Positions 1 to 11,449 of a DNA stretch of 34,363 bases are shown one piece after another. The notes under the pieces are model-generated. The model did not search any database and was not told where the DNA came from. It was given only the letters and a program-made list of their open reading frames with translations. Source of the DNA: Welwitschia mirabilis. Lineage: Eukaryota. Where the stretch lies: positions 29,591,787 through 29,626,149 of the forward strand of contig JBOZIK010000001.1 in NCBI GenBank assembly GCA_051453625.1, given 5' to 3'. The translations under genes and the position numbers were made by a program. Positions within the stretch are counted from its first letter, which is position 1, and each line of letters begins with the position of its first letter.

Positions 1-2
1 GG

Positions 3-1514
3 GATATTCTTATTGTTTCTCATGAAGGAACATCCACTATCAAGCAAGTAAAGATGCAGATGCTATTTACAAAATTTAAAAAGATTAAGATGAATGAGGA
101 AGATACTCTTTAGGAATTCTTTACCAACCTAATAAACATTACAAACTTGATGGTAAGCCTTGGAGAAAAGATGGAGGAAGCCAAGATAGTAAGGAAGGTC
201 TTAAGATCTCTTCCCAAGAGATTTAAACCAAATGTAACTGCAATTGAAGAAAGTAAAGATCTCAACAAGATGCCACTAGATAAACTATAAGGTAAACTTC
301 AAATTTATGAGTTAAAATTTTTTGAGAATAGAAAGAACGGCTTTTCTTTCAAAAGTATGTAGGAAAAAAGCTCAGATGAAGAACCTAAAGAATATGAAAT
401 ATTATAATTTATGGCACTTGTGAATCTTACTACTCAGTGACCAAAACTCCCTGAGCATGATGATTTGGACATGAATGANNNNNNNNNNNNNNNNNNNNNN
501 NNNNNNNNNNNNNNNNNNNNNNNNNNNNNNNNNNNNNNNNNNNNNNNNNNNNNNNNNNNNNNNNNNNNNNNNNNNNNNNNNNNNNNNNNNNNNNNNNNNN
601 NNNNNNNNNNNNNNNNNNNNNNNNNNNNNNNNNNNNNNNNNNNNNNNNNNNNNNNNNNNNNNNNNNNNNNNNNNNNNNNNNNNNNNNNNNNNNNNNNNNN
701 NNNNNNNNNNNNNNNNNNNNNNNNNNNNNNNNNNNNNNNNNNNNNNNNNNNNNNNNNNNNNNNNNNNNNNNNNNNNNNNNNNNNNNNNNNNNNNNNNNNN
801 NNNNNNNNNNNNNNNNNNNNNNNNNNNNNNNNNNNNNNNNNNNNNNNNNNNNNNNNNNNNNNNNNNNNNNNNNNNNNNNNNNNNNNNNNNNNNNNNNNNN
901 NNNNNNNNNNNNNNNNNNNNNNNNNNNNNNNNNNNNNNNNNNNNNNNNNNNNNNNNNNNNNNNNNNNNNNNNNNNNNNNNNNNNNNNNNNNNNNNNNNNN
1001 NNNNNNNNNNNNNNNNNNNNNNNNNNNNNNNNNNNNNNNNNGATTTGAAAAAGGAGAATGAAGCCATAAATCAAAGATACAAAGAGATTCAAGAAGAAAA
1101 CACAAGTCTCATGGATAATTTAAGCCAATCTTTATAAGTCTTAAGTAGATTTACAGAAGGATTAAAGAAACTTAAGAAGATGCTTGGATTGGAATGACTT
1201 ACACATTACAAAACTGGTATTAGATTGAAAGGCAATAGTACATCAACTTCATCTAGTGAGGTAAGTATTACAGGTATAACATCTTTTACTAGAAATATCA
1301 CTTGTTATTATTTTTACAAACTTAGTCATTTAAAATTTAATTGTCCTTATAGAAAAAGTATGTATTTTTCAAACATTAATGCTTTATCCTTTAAATTTGT
1401 TTCCAAATAAGTCTCTATCTAAAAGTCAAAAAAACCATATGGGTAAAAGCTAAGAATTTAGAATCTTTTTAATCCAAGAAAATTTCAACTTTAGTAGTAA
1501 GTCATTATTTCGAT
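3..1514 (+). pseudogene. gag: Degenerate copia/Sirevirus gag (gag_2/UBN2-type domain, coiled coil, decayed zinc knuckle), ending at the start of the protease
   Basis: Frame from nt 3 reads DILIVSHEGTSTIKQVKMQML...KIVRKVLRSLPKRFKPNVTAIEESKDLNKMPLDKL*GKLQIYE. After the N gap: LSRFTEGLKKLKKMLG..KTG, then CYYFYKLSHLKFNC (decayed CCHC), TIWVKA and ...SHYFD* (~1514). It contains in-frame stops. Confidence 0.85.
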
Positions 1515-1789
1515 TAATTATTGATTATTGCAATTTCTTCTTCAATTTTTATGATATGACGAGCTTCTTGGAATTATCATTGTGATATTTACCTTGCTAT
1601 TGGATTTGCATCTTAATGGTAACTCTATGTGAAGCTCTAAACTTTGAATATTCAAATATTTTATTTTATCATATAATCATGAACATAGCATTAATTAGTT
1701 TTATTTTGGAAATTATAAATTAAAAATTATCATCTCATTTAATACTACTTTGGAAACTCTATCATGATTATTATTTTTATATATGACAT

Positions 1790-2117
1790 AAAGTTAGGAG
1801 GAGAATATATGATATTTTTGACCACATGTCTAAGGATTTATAACTCTTTATCTCTCTTTCCTTATTTTTTGCCCTTGATGTCAAAGGGAAAGAGAATATG
1901 GTGTTTTCAAAAATATGCATGAACTAAAAATGGTTTTTTCAGAAATATTTATACTTTAGAAGGAAATATTCCCTTTTACTTAATATTGTTTGTATGGCTT
2001 TGTGAAAGGGGGAGCTTTTATTAAGTTAATATGTCTTGTTAGAAAGAGCTTAAAGATGAAATATTTATTTGATCTTATAATTACTTATTTTTTTGCCATC
2101 AATGTCAAAGGAAAAGG
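1790..2117 (+). promoter_or_regulatory. Multiple polypurine tracts of element A (Sirevirus multi-PPT signature)
   Basis: Purine tracts at ~1790-1805 (AAGTTAGGAGGAGAA), ~1878-1895 (ATGTCAAAGGGAAAGAG), ~2004-2014 (GAAAGGGGGAG) and 2102-2117 (ATGTCAAAGGAAAAGG). The last lies just before the LTR start T-TGTTAGG. Confidence 0.75.
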
Positions 2118-2264
2118 TTGTTAGGATTTTATTTTTGCCAATTGATATTAAACTAATATGATCTTTGTATAATGAAAAGTAATTTTGTAGGTACAAGAAA
2201 CTGTCGGATCTATTTCCAAAAGATAGCAAGATTTGAACATGTTTTAATTAAGACTGCTTCATGT

Positions 2265-2550
2265 GGAGTCGACCTAACATTTCTAAAAGAGTAACTGGAT
2301 CTATAAGGGCTACCTAACATTTTTGTAAGGGTGACCTAATAAGCAAAACATCAAATATAAGCTAAGCAAGGGTGACCTAACATTTTTGTAAGGGCGACTA
2401 AACATGTAAGGGGTCAATTTAACATTTTTATAAGGCTGACCAGACCTGTAAGGGCCATGTAACATTTTTGTAAGGAAGACCTAATGAGTAGACTATTAAA
2501 ACTAATCCAAGCAAGGGTGACTTAACATTTCTATAAGGGCAACTAGATCT
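2265..2550 (+). repeat. Degenerate tandem array of AAGGGYGACCTAACATTTTTGT-like units in U3 of LTR A
   Basis: About a dozen recurrences of the GGG(T/C)GACC/GACT core, many followed by TAACATTTTT(G/A)TA, upstream of the TATA box. Confidence 0.8.
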
Positions 2551-2935
2551 CTAGTTAACGGATGTTTCAAGGAATTAACCAATTAGTGCATAAGTGGAAA
2601 TTTTAAAGCAATTTTCCATCCATTACTTCATCAAATCTATCCGTTGCAAATGTTAGATTCATTTTCAACTATCTAAATAGTTATATTTTGAAAAAAATCT
2701 ATAAATAAGAGGTAACACTCAAAAACTTCAAGGGCTTAACATTGAATTATATTTTTAAAAAGGAAGGTTGCACTCTTGATCTAAATGATTTATCTGTGTA
2801 CTATCATTCTTTTCTCTCTTTCAACACTTACCTTTGTATCAAATCTAAGAAACGAGGCTCCATTATTAGTTCTTTCACTTGAGTGATCTAAAGCATAGAG
2901 GATTCATTTCCTTACTCATCATTATTCATTTTATA

Positions 2936-3060
2936 AAGGTTGAGACTTAACCTATAAAAGTCTATTTGAAGAGGTTGAGACTTAGCCTACAAGAGTCCAC
3001 TGATGAAGGTTGAGACTTAGCCTAGAAAAGTCTGCTTTGTAAGGTTAAAGGTTAGCCTTG
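2936..3060 (+). repeat. 35-bp-period tandem repeat (3 good copies plus 1 degenerate) in R/U5 of LTR A
   Basis: (A/G)AGGTTGAGACTTA(G/A)CCTA..A.AGTC starts at 2936, 2971 and 3006. A degenerate copy starts at 3041. Confidence 0.85.
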
Positions 3061-3838
3061 AAAACCTAGTGCATAGTGATGCAACAAAAATTCAAAATAG
3101 TATTAGTTATTGACTATCTTCCAAGAGTGGAGTAGGGTGTATTCCAAACCATTATAAATCATGTCTTGGGCATTTATTTTGATTCTACCTTTTGATTTTC
3201 TTTTGTTATATCATTTTATATTAGAATTTATTTTCGTAGTAATAATTGTTTAAGTTTTTTAAAAGTCTATTCACCATTCCTCTAGAATTAATAATCCTAC
3301 AATGCATAATGATGATGGCCTTTATGCCATTAGTTTTTTATTTTAGTTTTCTGTTAAAAATTTTTAAGGTTTTCCCTAGTGTTCCCTTGGTCATCCAGAC
3401 AACACAGGAGGACGTTAGTCTATTTTTTGAGTTTTCTTTCAAAGTTAGTCTTTTGTTTCTATTTTTTTATTTTTTCCTTTTTATGGTTTCTATGTTTTTG
3501 TTATCGAGGATATCATCTAAATGACAGCAAGGATGACACTTTGTACATTTAAGACTAAGCATGAAAGGAAAAATTTGATAAGAAATAAAAATACCAAAGA
3601 GGGTGATTGTTAATTACTAAAAATATCAGAGAATGTTTAATAAATCTAGAAATTAAAATAGGTAAAAACAACAAAGGTACATAGGATTTTAAAATTCCTA
3701 CAATTTTTACTTTTATTTCTATAGAGTCTAATTTTGCTACCATGTTTACCTCATTCTAAAAGCTAAAGCAACTTGTCTCACCAAATTCATCCCTTATCAT
3801 TAGAACCTATAAAACCATAATTACTCATACCAATATCA

Positions 3839-6800
3839 ATGTCACTCTTAGAGACTTATAACAAATAAAAAACATGAAATCCAAACTTCTTTTGACTTAC
3901 CTCTTGGTAATGATATAGAAATCTATAACTTAAATGAATATCCTACTTTTAGTGGAGATTCCAATGAAAATCCTTTGCAACACTTCACTGATATAGAAAA
4001 ACTTGTTCTCACTTCCAGAACCGGTAAAAAATATATAAGTGATAGAACCTATATAGTCATTTTCCTCATCATTTTAAGAGATAAAGCAAAACTATAGCTT
4101 AGAATGATTCTCTAAAATAGTCTAAAATCTTAAAGTCAAGTTTAAGAAGCCTTCATTAAGAGATTTATGAGTGAAACCATCATCCAGAAGTGTAAAAAAG
4201 AAGTCATTAACTTCTAACAAATGCCTAATGAAGATTATGCCTCTACCTATGAGATGTTCTTTATTGCTTTACATTTGAATCCTATAGATGCCTTTTCATA
4301 GGTAGAACTTGCAAACTATTTTTATAGTGGATTAAATAGTCATACAAAGTAATTTATAGATTTTTTATGTGGAGGCAACTTATTAAACCAAATCTTAGAT
4401 AATGCTTAGAAAGTATTAGAAGATTTGATAGAAGTGAGTCAAACATGGCCTAAACCTCACCTAAAGAGAACCAAACTATAAGCAAAATCATTAAATATCT
4501 AAAAGAGGTAAAATAAGAAAAAAATAAAATAAGAAATGAAAATTAACCAACTAATGTCATAAAGAATTTCGCCTCTATGTTAGAAAAATACAACCAAATA
4601 ATTCTTAATGCTAAAGTAACAACCGAGAAGAGTGAATTTGTAGTTCTAATCTATGATTTGTGTGAAGATAGTTATCATGTTATCAAAGATTGTCTCTTGC
4701 TTCCTATTTATAAAGAGAAAATTTATGAGAAAGTTTGTGCCTTTAACAAATGATCTTCAAACTATAACTAAAATCAAAGACAAGTCCATAATCATAATAA
4801 CTTTTAACATAGAATGAGTAAACAATCCAACTCTAGAAATTTTCAAACACACCATCCTAACTTCCAATCTTTCAGAAATAGATTTGAAACTTAAACTTTC
4901 AAACCAATAACTCAAACAACTTGGTAGGTTTATTCAACTTCTAAAACCATAGAGATCCTCTTAGGAATTTCATTAAGGAGTTGCAAAAAACACAAGCAAA
5001 GACAAACACCAACATAGAAAACCTTGTGAGCATTCTAAAATAAACTATACTTGCCAACCAACTCTTGCTACTCAACCTTTACCAAACCTAAATAAAGTAA
5101 GAAAAGATTGTAAGGTGGTGATAAAAGTAAAAATGACATAACTCCTACTACCCATAAGGCTTAAACATCATAAAGTAATAAGAATAATGAGGAAGAGGAC
5201 ATATAAATTTTATAAAACCATTTTTTCCCTTCTTCATTAAGTAATAAAAAGAAAGATCCTTCACAAAATAAACCTACAACCTAATCGCTTAATATACTTA
5301 ATACAAACTCCATTTTTCATGATTATCTTAAAGCCTTAATGCAGAATGTGAGTACTAACTTCCTATTTTGGAAACTTTTCTAAGAAATCCTAAGGTATTC
5401 TAAGCTATAGAAAGACTTAATAAGAAGAAAATAAAAATAAACCATTCCTAGTAAGTCTTCTTAGCTCAATCCGTTGGTAATCTAGTTTGCCAAAAATATC
5501 TAAATTTTAAATATTTAGGCATGATAACTGTGAGTATTACTTTAAAAGGAAATCATTGAATAAAGAAAGCCTTGATAGATATTGGAGCTAGTATCAACAT
5601 TATGCCCTTATAATTTGTTAATGACTTGATTTGAAAGGAAGAGTATAACCTACACAGATTATCTTAGAGTTAGTTGATACTTCTATGAAGAAATCATTCA
5701 GTATGATCAAGGATTTGGTCATTTAGATAAAAGAGGCTTTCTGCCCCATTAATGTTGTAGTTTTAGAAGTTAAGAACCATGGTGAATATCCTTTACTTCT
5801 GCATATAGCTTTCTATGTAATAGCTCATTGTATCATAGATACAAAAATTGGATTGATGAAGTATCATTTTGAAAATAAATAATTTTTAATAAGAGTTTTT
5901 AATATGACTAAAAAAGATTTAGGCAATGATTTAAGTTTGGAGGAAGAAATTAGGCCAACTCTATTTTTATAGCATCATCCACTTGAGAAAAGATGGTCTA
6001 TGCTTCATAAACTAATCCTATTTGATACTAAATTAAAAGTAGACTATTTGTATGTTTTTAATGATTAACTTGAGTTTGACCATCTGATAATTAAGTTTTC
6101 TAATATGGAGAGTCAAGAGTATTAGTCTATCAATTATGTAGAAGTTCAAGAATTTAATAGACCTAATATTTCTTATTTTAAGGGCAGTCATCCACTATAG
6201 ACATCCGGATGACAGTCTGAGACGACACCCTATTATCTTGAGAATTCTCTAGAAACTAAAAATCTAAGCTTAAAAATAAACCTGAAACCTTTAGACAGTG
6301 GACTAAAATACATTTTTCTAAATAGTAACCTAAAAAACCCTTGATTATCAATAAAAACCTTACCTCTCAATAAAAATAGAGTCTTATCTCTCTTTTGCAA
6401 TCTAAGATAAATGTGTTTGCTTAGTTTTATAATGATTTAACAATCATATCCACTTTTATTATGTAACATAAAATCTACCTTAAAGAAAATGCTAAATGTA
6501 TGAGGTAACCCCAACATAAACTTAATTCAATTCTTAAATAAATTATGAAAGATAAAATCATTAAACTAATGAATACTGGAATCATTTACTCCATTGCTGA
6601 TAGGGAATGAACTAGCCCCTTGATGATAGTTCCTAAAAAGGATGGAAAATGATGCATGTGCATAGACTTTCAAAAACTAAATGAGGTAACTAAAAAAGAC
6701 AATTGACCTTCTTCTTTTCTTGATCAGATTCTTGATAGGATTTGAGGTTATGCTTTTTACTTTTTTTTTATAGTTATAGTAGTTATAACTAGGTTTTCAT

Positions 6801-9307
6801 TACTAGTGAGAACTAATCCAAAACCACTTTCACTTATTTTTTTTGGTACTTTTGCTTTTAGATGCATGCCTTTTAAACTTTATAATTCTCTTGGAATGTT
6901 TTAATGTGCTATGATAGGTATATTTTCTAATATGCTTGAGGATTTCAATGAGATTTTTATTGATGACTTCTCCATTTATACTAAGAATTTTGAATAAATC
7001 TTAGATTTTTTAGAGAAAGTCTTAAACTATTGCATTTCTAGTGGCCTTTACTTGAGTTGAAAAAAGAGCCTTTTTCTTATAGAAAGTGGCATTATTTTAG
7101 GTCACCATATCTCTCAGGAGGGGATTAAGAATGGACACTTCTAAAGTTAGTATTATTTAAAATATAAGACCCTTAAAAATGTTAAATAGGTCCAATATTT
7201 TCTTGGTTATTGTGATTTTTACCATCGATTCATTTATGATTATGCTACCAATAATAAACCCCTTCACTCATTACTAGAGAAAGAAGCCAAATTTGAATAG
7301 AATGAATTTTGTGAACTTACTTTCGATAGTCTTAAATGTAAATTTTCTTATTCTCTTATAGTAATTAGACCTAATTAGAAACTTGATTTTGAGCTTATGT
7401 GTGATGTGAGTAACTTTGCTGTGGATGGGGTTTTTTATCACAAATATGAAAATGATTTTAAAGTTATATCTTACAATAGAAAATATTTGTCTAAAGCTCA
7501 GATGAACTATACCACTACAGAGAAAGAGATGCTATCCATTATCTTTTCCCTTGATCCTTTTAGATATTATCTTTTAGGCTTTCATACTAATGTCTAAACT
7601 AATCATGCTGTCATTTATTACCTCATGATTAAAAAAGATTCTAGTGCCTATTTGATTAGATGGATCCTTCTTATGCAAGAGTTTAACTTGACTATCATAG
7701 ATAAAGTAGGGAAGCATAATTGTGTTATCAATCACTTATCTCGACTTTTGTCTCCTCTAGATAATACTATCATTAATGATTCATTTCTTAATGAGCAGCT
7801 TTTCAATGTTTCTTCTTATTATTCTTATCCATGGTATGCAGATATTATTAACTATTTTATAACCATTAAAACATCATAACACTAAACTTATAACCAATGC
7901 AAATATTTTCTCCATAAGATAGATGACTATGAGTGGATCGGGCCACATTTGTACTATAGGTGTAAAGACCAAAATCATGAGAAAATATGTTCCTGATTGG
8001 GAGATACCTAAGATTCTTCATCTTTGTCGTGATGTGTTTATAAATGAAATTTTAGTGAACATAAAACTATGATTAAAATCCTCCATTCTGGTTTTTACTA
8101 GCCTTCTTTTTTCATGATTTATTTGATTTTTCTAGAAGGTGTGATCCTTATCAGTGTTACAATAGCCTTGTTTCTTTATAGGAAATGCCCATTATATCTT
8201 AAGTATGAGTCTTTTGATTGTTGGAGTATTCATTTCATAGGCCCTATTCATCCACATTTTTGTAATAAAAATTACATTTTAGTGGTTGTGAATTACATGA
8301 CTAATGGGTTGAAGCCATACCTACATCTTTGAATGATGCCCGAGCTATTTATAATTTTCTTAGAACTTATATCTTTCAAAGATTTGGTTTTACTAGAGTT
8401 ATCATTAGTGATCAGGGTACTTATTTCATTAATTAAATTTTTAAGAAATTTATTTTGTCCATTAGTATANNNNNNNNNNNNNNNNNNNNNNNNNNNNNNN
8501 NNNNNNNNNNNNNNNNNNNNNNNNNNNNNNNNNNNNNNNNNNNNNNNNNNNNNNNNNNNNNNNNNNNNNTAGCTTTTTTAAAGTTATCATTAGTGATCAG
8601 GGTACTTATTTCATTAATTAAATTTTTAAGAAACTTCTTTTATCTATTGGTACAGAACATAAAGTAGCTTATGCTTATCATCCTTAAACTAATAAACAGG
8701 ATGAAAATGCCAATAGAGAAATAAAGAAAATGTTAGAAAAACTCGTATTTTCTAATAAAAAGTCTTGAGCTTCTAAACTTAACAATTTACTTTAGGCTTA
8801 CTGTACTAATTGGCATACTTCTCTTAGTTTTTCACCGTATGAACTTGTATACAGTAAAGTTTCCTTTTTACTGGTTAATGTGTGTTACAATTCTTATCAT
8901 GCATCTCATCAACTTAATCTTGTGAATTTTCATTAAAACCTTAAATATATATTAGCCTAATTAGATCATCTAGATGAAAAAATTAAGTCATGCTATACAT
9001 TATTAATTAATACATAAAGCCCAAGCAAAGTTCAAACATGATAAAAAGATTTTTCATATATAATACTAGAGTTTATCATTTGAATAACAAGTTGACCTCT
9101 AAATGGTTAGGTTCTTACTTTATAGAGAAAGTGCATCTTAATATCTTTGATAAAATTTTGGACTTAGAGACTAAAGAGATTCAAAAGACTAATGGGCAAC
9201 ATTTGAAATTATATGAGGGATCTTTAGTTGCAACTATAAACATGGAAGAAGCACTTGTCTTGGAGGTTCCCCTCAATGAGGAGGACTTCCTTTCTATCAT
9301 TATCTAA
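3839..9307 (+). pseudogene. Degenerate Athila-like gag-pol polyprotein (many stops and frameshifts)
   Basis: Gag: YPTFSGDSNENPLQHFTDIEKL, RDKAKL*L, FYSGLNSHTK*FIDFLCGG and knuckle YDLCEDSYHVIKDC (4652-4693). PR: ALIDIGASINIMP (from 5569). RT: SPLMIVPKKDGK*CMCIDFQKLN, MPF and EIFIDDFSI (~6950-6976). RH: FELMCDVSNFAV, NYTTTEKEMLSI, LIRWILLMQEF. INT: FDCWSIHFIGP, VIISDQGTYF and KWLGSY...NGQHLKLY, with the stop at 9307. Confidence 0.92.
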
Positions 9308-9563
9308 GTTCTTTTTTAGCCTACTCTTTTGAATTAATATTATGATATTACTTGGTTATATTTCAAACTTTGACTTATATATATATTACTTTATAAAGTT
9401 TCATAATTAGTTTTACACTTAGGCATTTCAGGTGATAAGATTGGATTCACCTATGGATTTCATTTAAAGGAAGATGTCTTAGTTTCTTATGTTTTTTCAA
9501 TGTTGTTAAGGTTTTGGGTTATTTAAAAGTGTTCTTTCTTGTCTTTTATCTTACTTATTTACC

Positions 9564-9566
<3 letters not shown>

Positions 9567-9622
<56 letters not shown>
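9567..9622 (+). repeat. (AG)28 perfect microsatellite in the post-pol region of G1
   Basis: Uninterrupted AG dinucleotide run of 56 bp. Confidence 0.97.
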
Positions 9623-9627
<5 letters not shown>

Positions 9628-11449
9628 AAGACTATAAGCTATTATATTTTATGCTTCAAAGAAGAATACATGATTATCATGATGTTCTATCACACTGTGT
9701 AAATATTCTTGAAAGGAATCTTTGATAGTGTTGATAGCTATGGAAACTCCATTGGGAACCAGTTAGCTATGCTTCACAGTCCCTACTCCTCTAATAGTAG
9801 TTGCACTCCTCTCATTATAGAAAAGGAAATAAAACTTTAAGGCTAAGGACCAGTAGTATTCCTAGTATCATTAAAGGCATTTCTTATTTTCTAGAATCTT
9901 AGAATTTCCACTTGGTCATTTCAATTTTGAATATTCAGGTGATCCTGTGGGATGAGAGCAGGTGAGTTCATTTCTAAGTAACTTTTAATTTTGGCATTCA
10001 TTGTTTTATGCACTTAAATCTTTAACTATTGTCATAACCACTGCCTTTTCAAGTGGAATTTATAAAATATATACATTTTTTGTGCATATTTACTTAAGTT
10101 ATATTTTTATGTTTTCCTTGGAAGTTTGTTTTGTTAGTACTTAGGATAGGTAAACAATCTTCTCCTTAATCTTTATGTTTATTTTCACTCTGTTTTTCTT
10201 TGGTTTTTGAGTTCAGAATTTCAAAGTCATTTTTATATTTTTTTATTCTTTTATAGAATCTTAATCATTTAGTAGTTTTCTTGTTATTCAATCATGTTCA
10301 ATTATTTTTCCAAAAAGCATTTAAAAAACTTTAAAAGGGCATTTTTTCATTTCATAGTTTTTATGAGTTCCCCTATAGGTTATCGAGTTCTAAGTTTACC
10401 TTGCTTTTTTTTCCTATTTGGATACATTTATATAGTTTTTCTTATAATTTTTAAATTAAATAGTCTATTTTCTTTAGCCATAGTCTTTTCTTTTTTGTGT
10501 ATTTATCCTTTTTCCTTTGGTTTTCTTGGATTTATGTTAATTTTTTATTTTTTTGTTTTTAATATTGCTATCTAAAAGATTATAATATTTTTCTTTTGAA
10601 AATATTTTTTATGTTCCATCATCCACTCGGTCATCTAGATAATAGTGGTAGATGATGGAATGATTTTTTTTAAGAGTCATCCTAGGGCTATCGTCTAGAC
10701 GATGAGACTAGACGATAATGTGATAAAACCATAGCTCAAACCCTTTTTCCTCATTTTTTCATCATTTTCCTTCATTCTTTTGAGATATGATGACTCCTCT
10801 AAGTAGCACCAACATTCTAGAACTTGTTCCACTTAGTTTCATTACCAGATTTGCGAGTTTTTACTGGATTTACAAAAATGAGGTATGTTTCTTTTTCCTC
10901 TGGTTTTTCATTTTTTTTCTTTTGTTTTTTACTCTTTCGACACATAGTTTTCATGTATATCATTCAATTTTTCACGTTCTTTGTTTTGGGAAATAAGGAT
11001 TTAAATTTCACTACGTATTTTTTTCAAGTTATAAGAATTTTTGCGTATTATGAGGTATTTTCAAATTTTCACCTTTCAAACTCATTTTCTTAAAAACCAT
11101 AGGTCAAAATGTGGTAGTTATTTAGGAAAAATTGATCAATTTAACATGTTCTATGACTTTGTTAGATTATATTTTGTGTTTGAGAACTTTAAATTTTTAG
11201 TTCATGCGGGGCCCACTTAAAATACTATTTTCATACATTTTAGATTTTTCTCCATTTTTCTCTCATATTTAGGCAATTTGGGATGCATTGCATCTTTTGG
11301 GGGGAGGGTAAGATATATTTTTAATATTTTTACTAGTTTTTCCTCAATTTTAGGAGTTGTTATTATGCATTCATGTGATGTTTTTAATTTGACTATCTGT
11401 TTTTGCATGATGATTTTTATGTTTTTGATTGAGTAGGCCTCATATGTGT

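Larger units (their letters stand above)
1..3301 (+). mobile_element. Element A: 3' part of a non-autonomous, gag-only Sirevirus (Ty1/copia SIRE lineage) LTR retrotransposon; 5' end lies upstream of the window
   Basis: Degenerate copia gag at 1-~1514 with no INT/RT/RH downstream. Several PPT-like tracts at 1790-2117, then an LTR from TGTTAGG (2119) to CCTACA (3301) carrying Sirevirus-type U5 motifs. Confidence 0.85.
2119..3301 (+). repeat. 3' LTR of element A (~1.18 kb)
   Basis: Termini are TGTTAGG...CCTACA. It carries an internal repeat array (2265-2560), a TATA box CTATAAATA (2699-2707), the U5 motif CCAAGAGTGGAGTAGG..CCAAACCATTATAAATC (3121-3160) and a decayed C-rich terminal motif CTATTCACCATTCCTCTAG (~3267-3285). 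Confidence 0.85.

Noticed and set aside
2936..3060. 35-bp periodic repeats as a CRISPR-like array
   Set aside because: Head-to-tail tandem units with no unique spacers, inside a plant LTR, with no cas genes.
3246..3524. Hydrophobic 92-aa ORF (and similar ones at 10294-11093 and 32396-32751) as membrane proteins
   Set aside because: F/L/I richness follows from T-rich UTR sequence or from the antisense of purine-rich DNA. The first ORF also straddles an LTR junction.
9514..9702. ORF with ER repeat
   Set aside because: Translation of the (AG)n microsatellite.
11298..11314. GGGGGGAGGG tract as the terminal PPT of G1
   Set aside because: It is followed by the extra ORF remnant rather than an LTR start, so it is an internal PPT-like tract.
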